From Lingula anatina (Eukaryota > Animalia > Brachiopoda), in assembly GCA_051362555.1 (NCBI GenBank), contig CM120647.1, positions 12,314,651 through 12,378,650 on the forward strand: DNA of 64,000 bases. Reading direction: 5' to 3'. The position numbers and the translations under genes are program-made. This document shows, one piece after another, positions 19,283-42,400 of this stretch. Every line of letters begins with the position of its first letter. The stretch's first letter is position 1. The notes under the pieces were generated by a model that was not told the DNA's origin, did no database searches, and was given only the letters and a program-made list of their open reading frames with translations.

Positions 19283-19832
19283 CAGGCCTAACCAACTACC
19301 AGACTCGGCACCTAAGGATCCTGAATTAACCGGTATATCGGACCACACTACCCGTTTTCAAGGTGTGCGTCAGATCGCATTTCGGAGTATCAGTCAGAAC
19401 ACCGACAGGATGAGCCCACGATTCGGCTGTCACCTTGATTGGATAGTAAACGATTGCCGTATTTAATCGCTATATGATTTTAAAACCGGGTGCATAAATT
19501 TGAAAGCCGCCTAGATGAACCTTAAACTGCCACATTAATCTAATACAGTGCAAAAAAGCCCTATCAAATATGGTTAAAACATTCAAACCGAATGTCGTAA
19601 AGTCCCCATATACCCCCATAGAGACAATGAAATAGAGTACTCTAAAGTAAGAGTACAGTTTAAGGTTGTTCAGCCGAGCGTGGATGAGCCCGCAGTCGTC
19701 CTACAAAATTTGTTCTGGAGTATGATACTCCGAAATGCGATCTGACACACACCTTGAAAACAGGTAGTGTGGTCCGATATACCGGTTAATTCAGGATCCT
19801 TAGCTGCCGAGTCTGGTAGTTGGTTAGGCCTG
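19283..19832. mobile_element. Same foldback MITE, copy 2 (opposite orientation, internal deletion)
   Basis: Same TIRs; empty site CTGTGGGTGAAG at ~17856. Confidence 0.85.
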
Positions 19833-20486
19833 GGTGAAGATGGACATTGTCCAGTGCTGTTGGTGAAGATGGTCATCGTCCAGTGCTGTGGGTGAAGATG
19901 GTCATCGTCCATGGCCAGTGTTGTGGGTGAATATGGGCATTGTCCAGTGCTGTGGGCAAAGATAGACATCGTCCGGTGGTGTGGGTGAAGATGGTCATCG
20001 TCCATGGCCAGTGTTGTGGGTGAAGAAGGGCTTTGTCTAGTGCTGCGGGCAAATATAGACATCGTCCGGTGGTGTGGGTGAAGATGGTCATCGTCCATGG
20101 CCAGTGTTGTGGGTGAAGAAGGGCTTTGTCCAGTGCTGTGGGCAAAGATAGACATCGTCCGGTGGTGTGGGTGAAGATGGTCATCGTCCATGGCCAGTGT
20201 TGTGGGTGAAGAAGGGCTTTGTCCAGTGCTGCGGGCAAATATAGACATCGTCCGGTGGTGTGGGTGAAGATGGTCATCGTCCAGTGCTGTGGGTGAAGAT
20301 GGTCATCGTCCAAGGCCAGTCTTGTGGGTGAAGATGGGCATTGTCCAGTGCTGTGGGCAAATATAGACATCGTCCAGTGCTGTGGGTGAAGATGGTCATC
20401 GTCCATGGCCAGTGTTGTGGGTGAAGATGGGTATTGTCCAGTGCTGTGGGCAAAGATAGACATCGTCCGGTGGTGTGGGTGAAGAT
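19833..20486. repeat. 29-bp minisatellite, expanded array with a 93-bp higher-order period
   Basis: Units of 29, 35 and 29 bp repeat; this shows up as 31-aa repeats in the spurious ORFs 19670-20248 and 19873-20463. Confidence 0.9.
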
Positions 20487-22751
20487 GTTTGATCAGAGCT
20501 GTAGTACGAAATGATCAAAGGAATTTTTTATTGTTTTCATTCTATAACAATAGAAATAATATAACAATGTGCATTGGTAGTTTTGATTTTTTCACAAAAG
20601 TTGCCTCACTCAATTACTTTCCTTTGGGATAAAAGTTGCGTGCACGTGTTTGTATGTGTTTATGGGAACAGAGTTTGCACAGAATATTGCTAATGTAACA
20701 GTTGATGGCTTAGGCTGATGGTCGAAGCCTGTTGAAACATTTTAATAAATATGTCTTTAAATTTTTGTATAAATATTTAAGAATGAGAATGTCGGGACGC
20801 CATCCGAATTTCTTGGGGCATAAATAACCGGTTGACACGAAGTTACATATTTTCTGTCACGTGGGTCAAGTGAGCGGGAGATATAAATTTCCCGCGACAG
20901 GTCATTCTAAGTCATTCTTCAGTCATTCATCACTCAACAGATGTATAACGCATGTGTTAATATACTTCTACAGTGAAAATAAAGAAGTTGTTGTTAGGTT
21001 AACAGTAAAGTATACGTGTCATTCCATTCTCGACTAAATTGAGATTTAGTTTGGTTAAACCTACGACATGAATACCCTTCTTTTATCAGTATGCATCATT
21101 TTATTGCAATAAAATTACATAGAATAACTTATCTATATGCTCATTTACCCTTCAAATAGTGGACACCTCTGCTTTGCTGGCAAAATAAAAACTGCAATGT
21201 TTCTCAGGATTTTTCAACTGGCTGTCAACATTTTCTGTTACGTGGGTCAAGTGAGCGGGAGATATACCCTAAATCTGCTACTGATATACATGTACATATA
21301 TAAATGTATGTGTAAATATTGTTGTCTAGTGAGCCTGCAAGTGCACCCTCATATCATTTAGTTCCCAATAATATAATTATGAAATAAACATGTTTATAAG
21401 GGCAAAGTACACGTAGCGCATATGTACCTGTATCAAACATGAGATTTGGGTAGGTCAGGAGAGTAGCGCAAAAATAACAAAGTGAAGATCAGTGTCCCGA
21501 TTCCAATAAAGATGAAACAATTGCAGGTTTCCATACAGTGTGAAGGGAAGTTAATTTTGAATGTGTTTCCAGTTCTCGTGTTCGCATATGCGCACTTACT
21601 GCCTGAATAATTATCCCCAAACACTTCATATCATGATGTATGCCACCTCTAATGGTAATGAGTTTTTGTTTAATGTATAATTTTAATGTTACAGACATAA
21701 AACTCAGACTAATGCTGTGGTGAGTCGTCCCAGCACTGCGTATTGATTTTATTCTACCTTTCCGTCAGGTCATGTTATTTTATAGAATGTATCCATATTA
21801 GTCGTGCGTGTGCATAATGAAAGATACATTGGCACTTTTTGAAAATTTTCATGAGAAAATAAAAACAATTGAAAATGTGTATTTCTCCACCCCATGACTC
21901 CCATGAAAAGGCTATGGGAGTCCAAATCTTACAGGTAGTAAGATGAATACTTGTTTAAAAAAATCAATTTTCACCAAAGTTTTCATTACCAAACTTTCAA
22001 ATACAAACAAAATATGTGTCACAATGCAAACGATGCGGAAAACGATGGTATGGTGATTTAATATAAAATAGAGCCTTTTCTTCATGGGAGTCCAAATCCC
22101 ATAGGTATGAATATGAAGATTTTTCATTATTATTATTATTTTTTTTTTGCACCCAATATTTTACCGCCAACTTTCAAATACTTCTTCACTTCTAAAGTAT
22201 CCTTAAGGGAAAGATGTTGCAATGATCACAAAATATCATATAAACGGCTTTTCTCACAGGGGAGTCATTGGGTGGTAGAATACACATTTTAAATTTTCTT
22301 ATTTTCTCATTAAAAAATTCACCTGCAAACTTACTAAAAATGCCAATGTATCTTCTATTATGCATACTACAGATTTACATGGGAGTCACATTTTCATGTT
22401 ACACTACAAATCATGATGTCTCCCACCTCGTATGGTGGTGTGTTTTTGTTTAATATATATGTTTGATTGTTACAGACATAAAACTTAAACTACAACTACG
22501 TTGGCTCGGCACAGCACTGCATATTGATTTCACTCTACCTTTCGGTCAGGTCATGTTATATTTTTAGAATTTATCCATATACGGTAAGAGGGTGTCTCTT
22601 CGAGTGTGTGTTCAAGTCCCCATTCTTCCCACAGCTACACTTTGTTGACAACAAGAAATAACTCACACATCAACGTTCCAATCTGTAGTAAAATGGAGGT
22701 TCCCAGCAGTTGTTGTAACTGTGGGATCTGCCACTAATTCAGTTTCTACAT

Positions 22752-22805
<54 letters not shown>

Positions 22806-23236
22806 TGCTAAATAAAAACTGAAAGGTTTTCTCTGGATTTTTGGACTATTTCTAAATAAGCTTGTTTATAAGGGCTAAGTACACGTGGTGCATATTTATC
22901 AAAAAATGAGACGTGAGTAGATCAGAAGAGATGTAAAAAAGAAATTGAAAATCAAATTGCCGATTCAAATAAATATAAAACATATTTAAAACATATATGC
23001 TTGACTGTTACAGACATAAAACTCAAACTAATGCTACGGTGGCTCAGCCTAGCACTCCATATTGATTTCTCTCAGGTCAAGTACAAGCTCCAACTAAAAA
23101 GCCAATGAACTTTTGCTCTTTCAGTTTTATGGATTTGATTTTGTTTCGCCTTCAGCGTGAGACAATGCTATAAAACAATCGGTAACGCGTACCTGTTTCA
23201 CCTCATGTAGCGAACGTGGGCGATACAATAGGGAAA

Positions 23237-23473
23237 ATGATTCTGCGAATGATGATAAAAGGTTGGTACGATTTAACTACAATTCCGGACGTATATATTT
23301 TGCACGTGTACTATGAAACTAATGGACTTTGTTCAAAAGTTATTAGGTTTAGTCGTTAGATAATATCTGTTACAGCATTTAGGTTTTCTTTTGTGATTAC
23401 ATTTATTCCTAAAATTGCAGAAAAATCCATCCGTTTAAAGGTCTTACTACTTCTTGCTTGAAACCCGTAACAG
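23237..23473 (+). pseudogene. Dead duplicate of the promoter and exons 1-2 of the SRCR-collagen gene (block ~22385-24005)
   Basis: Exon 1 (23237-23261) is intact. Exon 2 (23421-23473) has a 13-bp deletion (53 vs 66 nt) giving ...LLLLA-TGA. Confidence 0.75.
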
Positions 23474-24618
23474 GTATGTTAATGATTTCTTCTGAGCCAA
23501 CAGATAACTATTCGAACGCTTACTTACAATCGTCAGAGAGTGCATTAAACTGGTCCTTTAAGCCACGTGTTGCCATGTGTACCTATCTTACTTTTAAAGT
23601 CTTAAAAACATGGTAAAATATCCAGAAATCACATAAGTGAGTCTATAGATCTGCACCCTTAGCAGTGTGTGTGTGTGTGTGGGGGGGGGGGGGGGGAGGG
23701 GGGGTCAAGGTTGTCCTGCCCCCCCCTTTATTAACCAAACGACACCAAAATATGCCAAACCATGTGTCTAAAAAAAGGTTTGCGCACACAGCAAAAAGTA
23801 CGTACTGATCAAAACAGCTTACCATGAAAAAATAAAGTTCAATCATCGAAGAATTAGTTTAACGAAAAGAAGATTGTAGATAATATATGATTAAACATCT
23901 ATTATGCAATAAATATCGGGTGTGCCTTCAATGGTTTTGAACAACAGCTTCACATTGTCTCCTGCAACTTGCCGCCAAATTCTGCCAATCTTGCTTTGGG
24001 AGCTTGGGGCCCGTTTCAGGAAGAAGTAGTTAGTTAAAATAACTATAACTACTGAACTATCTCGCTAACGAGAAAACTTTAGGGGTGTTTCACGAAGCAG
24101 TCGTTAACTCATCGCTAAGTTCAGTCGTAAAGTTCGGTATATTCTAACGTGCATTTTCATGTTACACTACAAATCATGATGTCTCCCACCTCGTATGGTG
24201 GTGTGTTTTTGTTTAATATATATGTTTGATTGTTACAGACATAAAACTTAAACTACAACTACGTTGGCTCGGCACAGCACTGCATATTGATTTCACTCTA
24301 CCTTTCGGTCAGGTCATGTTATATTTTTAGGATTTATCCATACACGGTTAGAGGGTTATTCTAGATTTAATTTCTTGTCTCTTCGAGTGTGTGTTCAATT
24401 CCCTATTCTTCCCACCGCTACACTTTGTTGACAACAAGAAGTAACTCACACATCAACGTTCCAATCTGTAGTAAAATGGAGGTTCCCAGCAGTTGTTGTA
24501 ACTGTGGGATCTGCCACTAATTCAGTTTCCACATTCGTTTATTTCTGGCTAAATAAAAACTGGAAGGTTTCTTTGGATTTTTGGACTATTTGTAAATACA
24601 CTTGTTTATAAAGGCTAA

Positions 24619-27174
24619 GACCGCATTCACAACGAATTGAGCCAGGCTTTACAAATCCTGGGGACTAAATATGGAGGACGTACATAAAAGAAAAACCGCC
24701 TTGTTTTTTAATAGTCTCTCCGCCTCTCACACGCCTCCCCGTGTGTAGTCCCAAGCCGAGATATAATGACTGTACCCCTGCAGGGACGACGCGTGGGGAG
24801 GCGGAGAGACTATTAAAAGATTAGGCGGTTTTTCTTTCATGTACGTCCGCCATTTATAGTTCCAAGAAGTTATAATGAGAAGGAGTAGAAACGGGACATC
24901 AATTATCTCTCTCGTCCAATCAGATCGCAGCATCCTTTTCAAAGCGGCGTCCTTTGAAATTCGATCCTCGTAACTGGTCTAATCCTCCGCTCGCCTCCGC
25001 GTGACTCAAGACGGAGAAGCTGAACCAGTGCGTATACGTCTTGATTTATTCATGTTTAATGCGAATATTTGGAAGTTATACTTAGAAAAACGCCAAGTCG
25101 AGCGATATAAAGGTGAGTGAGAGTTGATAATCTACTTTGAGCATTGTTTTATGTTCATACGGTGGCTGTCAGTCAAATTTGTCAGTGCAGAAAGCAGCGT
25201 TAGCTCGAAGATCTGAGGCCGATTCAGCGGGACCTCCATGTTTAGGACTTTTTTCTTCTTAAGTGCGTGATGTATGTACATAATTTATGTTTTTCTGGTT
25301 AGTTAAGCACGTGCATCATTACAATACATCACTGTCATATTAAATGAATCAATCCTTTATTGAAAAACATCGTTTCAAATAGACAACTTTTCATCCGACT
25401 TTTTCAAAATGGCGGGTCCCTAAATTGGTAAGAGACAGTTGGGTGACAGTTTGGGACAATTTTTGGTAATTTTAACGTGGTGTATGCAGATAATTTATGT
25501 TTTTCTGGTTAGTTAAGCACGTGCACCATTACAATAGATCATTGTGATATTAAATGAATCAATCCTTTAGATGAAAAACATCGTTTCAAATAGACAACTT
25601 TTCATCCGACTTTTTCAAAATGGCGGGTCCCTAAATTGGTTAGAGACAGTTGGGTGACAGTTTGGGACCATTTTTGGTAATTTTAACGTGGTGTAAGCAC
25701 ATAATTTATGTTTTTCTGGTTAGTTAAGCACGTGTACCATTACAATATAACATTGTGATATTAAATGAATCAATCCTTTAGATGAAAAACATCGTTTCAA
25801 ATAAACAACTTTTCATGGGACTTTTTCAAAATGGTGGGTCCAAAATTTGATGACAGGGAACTCTCGGAATTATTTCAATTTTTTTTTTTTTTTGCAATAT
25901 GATGTTTGCAGAGTTTCGTTTAGGATATAGAGTTATATTTTGTAATGAATTCCGCACTTACTCATTTCAGGTTGAAGAGAATGCAGGTGAAAGATCTTTA
26001 GTTTTGCTGGCAGATGTAGGCCTACATGTAGCCATAATTGAACAGTCAAAATGATTGTTTCCAGCAGCAACTTGATGAGGCACAAGGCTCTGTTTTCTCA
26101 CCACCACTAGTATTAAACTATAGTGCACAAGAGGTGCAAGTTTTAAAAGGGAATTTAGTGGTCCAAGTTTTAAAAGGGAATTTAGTGTTCACTGGCTAAT
26201 TGTCTAAAGTATAAAATAAAATAATCACCACATCAAAATAAAAACTAACCATTTTTGTATTGCTTTAATCACTGTTGGGTGTAACAATATTGATATATTT
26301 TCATTGCTGGTACTTTGTTTTAGATATTATACAAGTTGCTCGAATGTTGAAATAAAGCAATATCAATCAATAAAAATATTTCTTTGATTTTTTCTTCTAA
26401 TGAATTTAAACTATCAGTCTTCTGTTAGTTGGCCTCATGTAATAGACAAAGATATAAACAAAAATATGTATTAATGAAATTTTATTTAGAATCGTACTAA
26501 GTGCAATAACTTATTTTCATTTCCCCAATTTTCCTGTTTAAGCTCTACCTGGTATATAAGCAATAATGTGCCAAAAAAGAAAGAAACGAGGCTGGCATAC
26601 GGAAATTGCAAGTACTACTGTTTTGTGTACACGGCTGTGAATTGAATGTGTCATTCCTAGATGAAGGTAAATTTCCTTTACACGCCTTTACACGACAAAA
26701 ATAATTTAAAATAAATATGAGACTTCTACAGGTGCAAATTTTAGCGTCGAAGGTGGGTTTGTGAAATTGTTCTCATACATTCTTGATGTGAAACTAATTT
26801 TTGTATAACTGATCGGCTCTAGATCAAATGAAGGTGTATCTCGCATGATTTGAGTTTTATTTCCCGAAATGGTTGCGTCCAGGCTTGAAATCTCTCTCTA
26901 CACCTTTCTGTAATCCCACCATGTTTTCTCTGTGAGATTATTAGAGACTTCGCGAGGCTTTATCCCAATTGGCTGAAGCAACCCACGTGAACGGTCTTTT
27001 GAATATGTATTAGGCACAAGCTCTCCCTAGGACCATTATTGGGTAATTATTAGGATTAAGCCCGTTACGAGGATAGGTTGAAAGGAAACCCCTTGTTTCT
27101 ACTCCTTCTCTTTATAACTTCTTGATAGTTCTCAGGATTTGTAAAGCCTGGCTCAATTCGTTGAGAATGCGGCC
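24619..27174. mobile_element. PIF/Harbinger-like foldback MITE (~290 bp) carrying a nested 2.26-kb element
   Basis: TIR GACCGCATTCACAACGAATTGAGCCAGGCTTTACAAATCCTG / CAGGATTTGTAAAGCCTGGCTCAATTCGTTGAGAATGCGGCC; TAA TSD (24616-24618, 27175-27177); empty site GGCTAAGTACACG at ~22875. Confidence 0.88.
24863..27124. mobile_element. Non-autonomous TIR DNA transposon with 7-bp TSD (P-element-like by TSD length; unconfirmed), containing three ~210-bp tandem repeats (~25265-25850)
   Basis: 30-bp TIR CAAGAAGTTATAA(T/A)GAGAAGGAGTAGAAAC; TSD ATAGTTC (24856-24862, 27125-27131). Confidence 0.85.
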
Positions 27175-27547
27175 TAAGTACACGTGTCGCATATTTATCA
27201 AAAGAGACACGTGAGTAGATCAGAAGAGATGTAAAAAAAGAAATTGAAAATCAAATTGCCGATTCCAATAGAGATAAAACATTTCTAAAATGTATATGTT
27301 TGAATGTTACAGACATAAAACTCAAACTAATGCTACGGTGGCTCAGCCTAGCACTCCATATTGATTTCATTCTATCTTTCTCTTAGGTCACGTACATGCT
27401 CCAACTAAAAAGCCAATGAAATTTCGCTCTCTCAATTTTATAGATTTGATTTTGTTTCGCCTTCAGCGTGAGACCATGCTATAAAACAATCGGTAACTCG
27501 TGCATTTACCACCTCATGGTACCAACGTGGGTGATACAATAGGGAAA

Positions 27548-37801
<10,254 letters not shown>

Positions 37802-39478
37802 TGCCAGTATAATACTGGACGCTGTTGGATTGCGACAGCTAAAGACGTGTTCGATGGTGTTTTTCTCCGGCAAAATTATCGATCTCTCAGAGGCTTGAGT
37901 TTAGTGTTTTAAAAAAAAACTTTTTTCTTAGAATGGTGTTAATCCAAGACTCATTATATGATAACTGTTGTTTTATGTTTTCTTTCCTTCTGATTCTTAA
38001 GGATATATATATAAAATTAAAAAAAAACAATTCATTTGCTGCTGGGACAATATCCTACAAAACAGAATTGTTACCCTTGTTGAAGGCAGCAGCGCCGCCT
38101 ACAGGTGTACAGGAGATAATTACAGCGCGCGGTAAACACACACTAATAGACACGTGACTTTTAACGAGCACGCCCTAATGCTAAATGTGTGTACATTTGG
38201 TGACATTTGGTGTCTTTTCATTTAAAATTGGCATTTCTTTATCTCTGTGGAAATGACAGTGAAACGTCGGATTTGAGGGGGTATATTTAATAAATGTAAT
38301 TAGATGGTATTAAATGATATTAAATATTGATATCTTCACCTCTAGGTATTTTCTGTACCACTAATCATGTTGGTTATGGTGTCTGGAAAGAAAGCACCAT
38401 CCATAGCAATTAACTCCTGTGATATGATCATTTATAAATAAAATCACATGAAACTGGGGCTGGGACAACCTTTTTGACCATTGCTGTATATTATCAACAC
38501 ACTTTCCGTTAGCCTCTGGGGCGAGTCTTACCTGTATAAATGATTGGAAAGCGGACTCTGTATCATGGCGGGCGGGCGGGGGGGGGGGGGGGGGGGGGGG
38601 GGGGGCTTGCTCATGAATTCAACGACTTGCTTTCGTATAGACTTTATTATACACATGAACATGTCTGAAAAGAAAAAAAAAATAATAGATAAAAAATATA
38701 ACATAAACATATTGAGTTTTCTTCCTTATACATACTAGTTAGAGTGAATTAAACAGATTTCATGAAATCATACAGGCAAACATGGATAAAATTTGGGGAT
38801 CTTTTTATCATTCCAGTCTTTCATCTGTGCTCTTTGAGCAACTTCATTTTCATTTAAACAGTAAGAAGAGATATAAAATTATAAGTTGATGAATAACAAG
38901 GGGTCTACTGTAATTAAATTTGCGACATGACAACATTCAAAGTACGAATGTCTCTTCACATGGGAGTTACATAAAACTCATGTGCACAATCACATGTTAA
39001 AAGCTTAAATTAACTTACAAACTAACTTAACTTGTCATATTAGATATACAGCTTAAATTCAACTTACAAATTATAAACTTGATATTTAATCAATTAATCT
39101 TATACCTACACGACGTTGTGAATTCTACGATGCGTGCTACCATCTCGGGTCTTTGTCTCTTTGACGTGAATAATTGTGTTAGCTGAGATGCACTGGTTGC
39201 GAATTCTAGCTGCAACAGAGGGACTCTCTGTCACGTTACATTGGCCTTTGCAAATTCGAGTCAGCAGGTGACAGCATAGTAAAAAGTAAACCTGTATACC
39301 GAGCGCATTACACTAAGTTTACGTACTTTCTGCAAGCCAACTGCCCTAAAAGCACATGTAGAAAGACGTGGTTCGCGGACTAACAGATCCGCCGGTTTAG
39401 TATGACTGGTCCTCTTAAAAGAAATCCGCTTAATTCCCTGATAGGCTCCCCGCCTCCACATGCCCCATTAAGTGCCGG

Positions 39479-42400
39479 TGTCACGTGTACGGTCCGTTCT
39501 GCGTGAACCATCCGTCCTGACCGATTGTACACGCAGCAGTCGCGTGTATGAACCGTTCCGTGAATGATCCGTTGTTATTCACCTACACTGTTATACTTGG
39601 CTAGTGCATTGATGTGGCCTGTTCGTTTCCATCCTCACTATATATTTACTTTAATGGGGGTATTTCTAGGTAAAATTCATGTGTTGATACAGAGTTTGTA
39701 ATTGATAATTTTGATTGAAAATTACTTCGACGCATTGCATGGATGAACCTACCGTGGACAGGCCGTCGTTATTCAGTTGTTGGCCTACTACATGTTTTAT
39801 TGTGTTGATTTTTACTAGGCTTGTGTGTTGATATATAGCCACCTGAAGGAAATTGCAGTAGAAGTACATTGCAAACAATAAATACTTTCTATACATCTTA
39901 CATGAACAACTATAAGATATGAATATTTCTAAAGATTATGTTTGAATTTGCAGTTTGTTCTTAACAGTGTATATTTATTATACTTAAAATAATGTTTATT
40001 AAAGTAATGTACTTAATATTGTATGTAACAAAGTCTGGGATCATGATATCCTGCTCGTTCATCATGGGGTGTGTTTGCCCTTGTAGACCATTAGATTGAG
40101 GAAATTGAAACTGAATATCTGACTGTTAGTATAGGCACATCAACAGGGACATGTGCATGTACGTGTCCTGCTTTGGCATATTTTACTGTGACTGGGAGGT
40201 GGGCTGCTCCTGCGAGTTGATGATTCCAATATTTGGCATCAATATGTTTAGACTCGCATCATGGAAGATTTTTTCTTTTATATTTATAATCAATAGTCAA
40301 GATCCACCCTGTGTATCCTTGGAGTTGTGGTCCCTGGCCATTGTTGCACGGAGATTTGCTTTTGTTTTGATTATTATTTTATACGAAGTATATTATGGGT
40401 AAGTGAATTTTTATAAATATTACTATACATTTTATCTATAATAAAAGGAACAACAACACTAGGACTGACACTATGATCCTTGGGGTGGTGCTGTCCTTGG
40501 CAGGTGGATACATACTTTTTTTCCACAAAAATTGACACATTATTTTTTTAAATAACCATGCATGAAAGCAGATTTCTGCCTTTTCATTTCCATTTGTGTA
40601 TAGATCTAGGTATGTTTGTTATCTTTTATTGTCTGGACAATTTTGGTCACAATTTTTGATTAATATTTGTAATTTTTTGTTGGGTGATTGGGTTTGCTAA
40701 GGAAGAAGCAGCGCTTAATAATGGTCAGACTCAGATATATGCCTTCACAGTAATTGCTGTAATAACTTGAACATCACGAACAAATATTTATCCCCCCCAT
40801 CTTTTTCCATAATTAATTTCATAAAATTAGTTTTGTTTTCTTTTTCCATAAAAGATGAGGTGCTGATAAGAGGGTAAAAGTGCCCACCTTTGTACATGAA
40901 AAATAAATTGTGAATCTGATTTTTTTTTTTTTTTTGTTTTGTTTTGAAATATCAAAAATTAATGCAAAATATGGATGAGAAGTGGAGTCTAAATACAGTT
41001 AGTATAATCTATTTCTATTCTCATTTCTAAGGATTAGTAAAGGTAAAATGTTTTTCAGATATCCAAATTTATATTAATTATGTTAACAGCAGGCATACAT
41101 TGTGGTGGCCCCTACTTTATATAGAGACTCATGCTATAGAGACCCTTTGCACATAGGTTGGGCTTGACCCACCCCACTCCTAATGGGGATTTTAAAGTAC
41201 ATATTCTACAACTAAAACTTTTGTGTAAATGCCCTCTTTTACATCTATTTAGCATGAAAAGTAAAATAAAGTCTTTATCACACACATCCTAGTTTTGTTA
41301 CATGTACTTGTGACTTAAACTTCAACACCAGCACTATTTGTAATAGCACTGTATTTTTTTAGGCCAAAATGCTATGAATGGCTTCTGATGTCAAGGACAT
41401 CAGTGAAAACCTAATGGCTTGGTAAATGGTGAGAGACCACTATAGCATCTGCTAGGTGTCCAGGCCCCCGTTTCACAAAAAAACTTAAGTCGGTTTCCCT
41501 GACTTAGGGCTTGGTTACCAACGTAATTAAGTCGTTACGTCACTAAGTCCCGTTTCACAAAGAATCTAAAAGGTCGCTTACGTCGTTTTTTTCTTAGCTG
41601 TAAGTCGACGATGTCAAGCCTCCTCGGGAGGAGACTTAAGTCGGCAAGCTCAACTAAAACTCGGTAAATGAGAGCATAAACAACAAAAATTTGAAAAGAA
41701 CATACCTCCTTCAAGATATTGTGTTATAATATATCCTTGAATAGCACTGACATTTATGGAATATTAAAATAAAAAATAAAATTCCACTTTACCCAGCCGA
41801 TCGCGTGTTTGTTTATGTTTTTGACCGCTTGACGTCCCTCAGTAGTGTTCCACGACAAGCTAATGTTTAACTGTTACTTTGAAGTTGTATTGAAGTTAAA
41901 CTTATCAATAAAGTTCAAAAACAAACTTTGTTTGTGTTTTGGCTGACTTTTATTGTTGATAAACGATCGTTCTCGGCCGAAAGAGGCCATGAAACGTCAT
42001 GTCTTGTGAAACTTTTGCAATTTTACACCTCTAGCCACCAGCACAGCCCATGGATTCAGACCTCCAGTAGCAAAAACGAGAACCATCAGTGGCTGGTACT
42101 GTCAGTGTAAAGTAGGTTTTTAGACAGTTGGAAGTTGTGCATATATCACTTCAGTCCTGAGGTATATAGGGTTTGCCAAAAGGCAGTGAGACAATTGAAA
42201 ATTAAGTTGTGGAGAAGGTTGTTTAGATGCCTCATATCTACCAACATCAAGTGTTGACAGAATTAGTGAGAACGAAAATGTTTTGGACAGCACATCCGAT
42301 TGATTTTCTAATATTTCTTATACATTTTTTTATTCTCTTATTTGTGTATTTTGTATAATGTAACTATTGCAGTGTGTTCTTTACAAGGTCAATATCATAT

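Larger units (their letters stand above)
17186..21270. repeat. Tandemly triplicated ~0.7-kb module (single copy at ~3437-4160), with minisatellite units and MITEs interleaved
   Basis: Shared motifs such as GACAAGAAGTTACATAT, CGACAGGTCATTCTAAGTCATTC and AATAAAGAAGCTGGTG recur at ~3770, ~17470, ~18270 and ~20835. Confidence 0.8.

Noticed and set aside
41462-41660. Harbinger-like MITE end (GGCCCCCGTTTCACAAA) inside the Ginger element; similar ends at ~24007 and ~55300
   Set aside because: Matching opposite termini and TSDs could not be located, so they are not listed as features.
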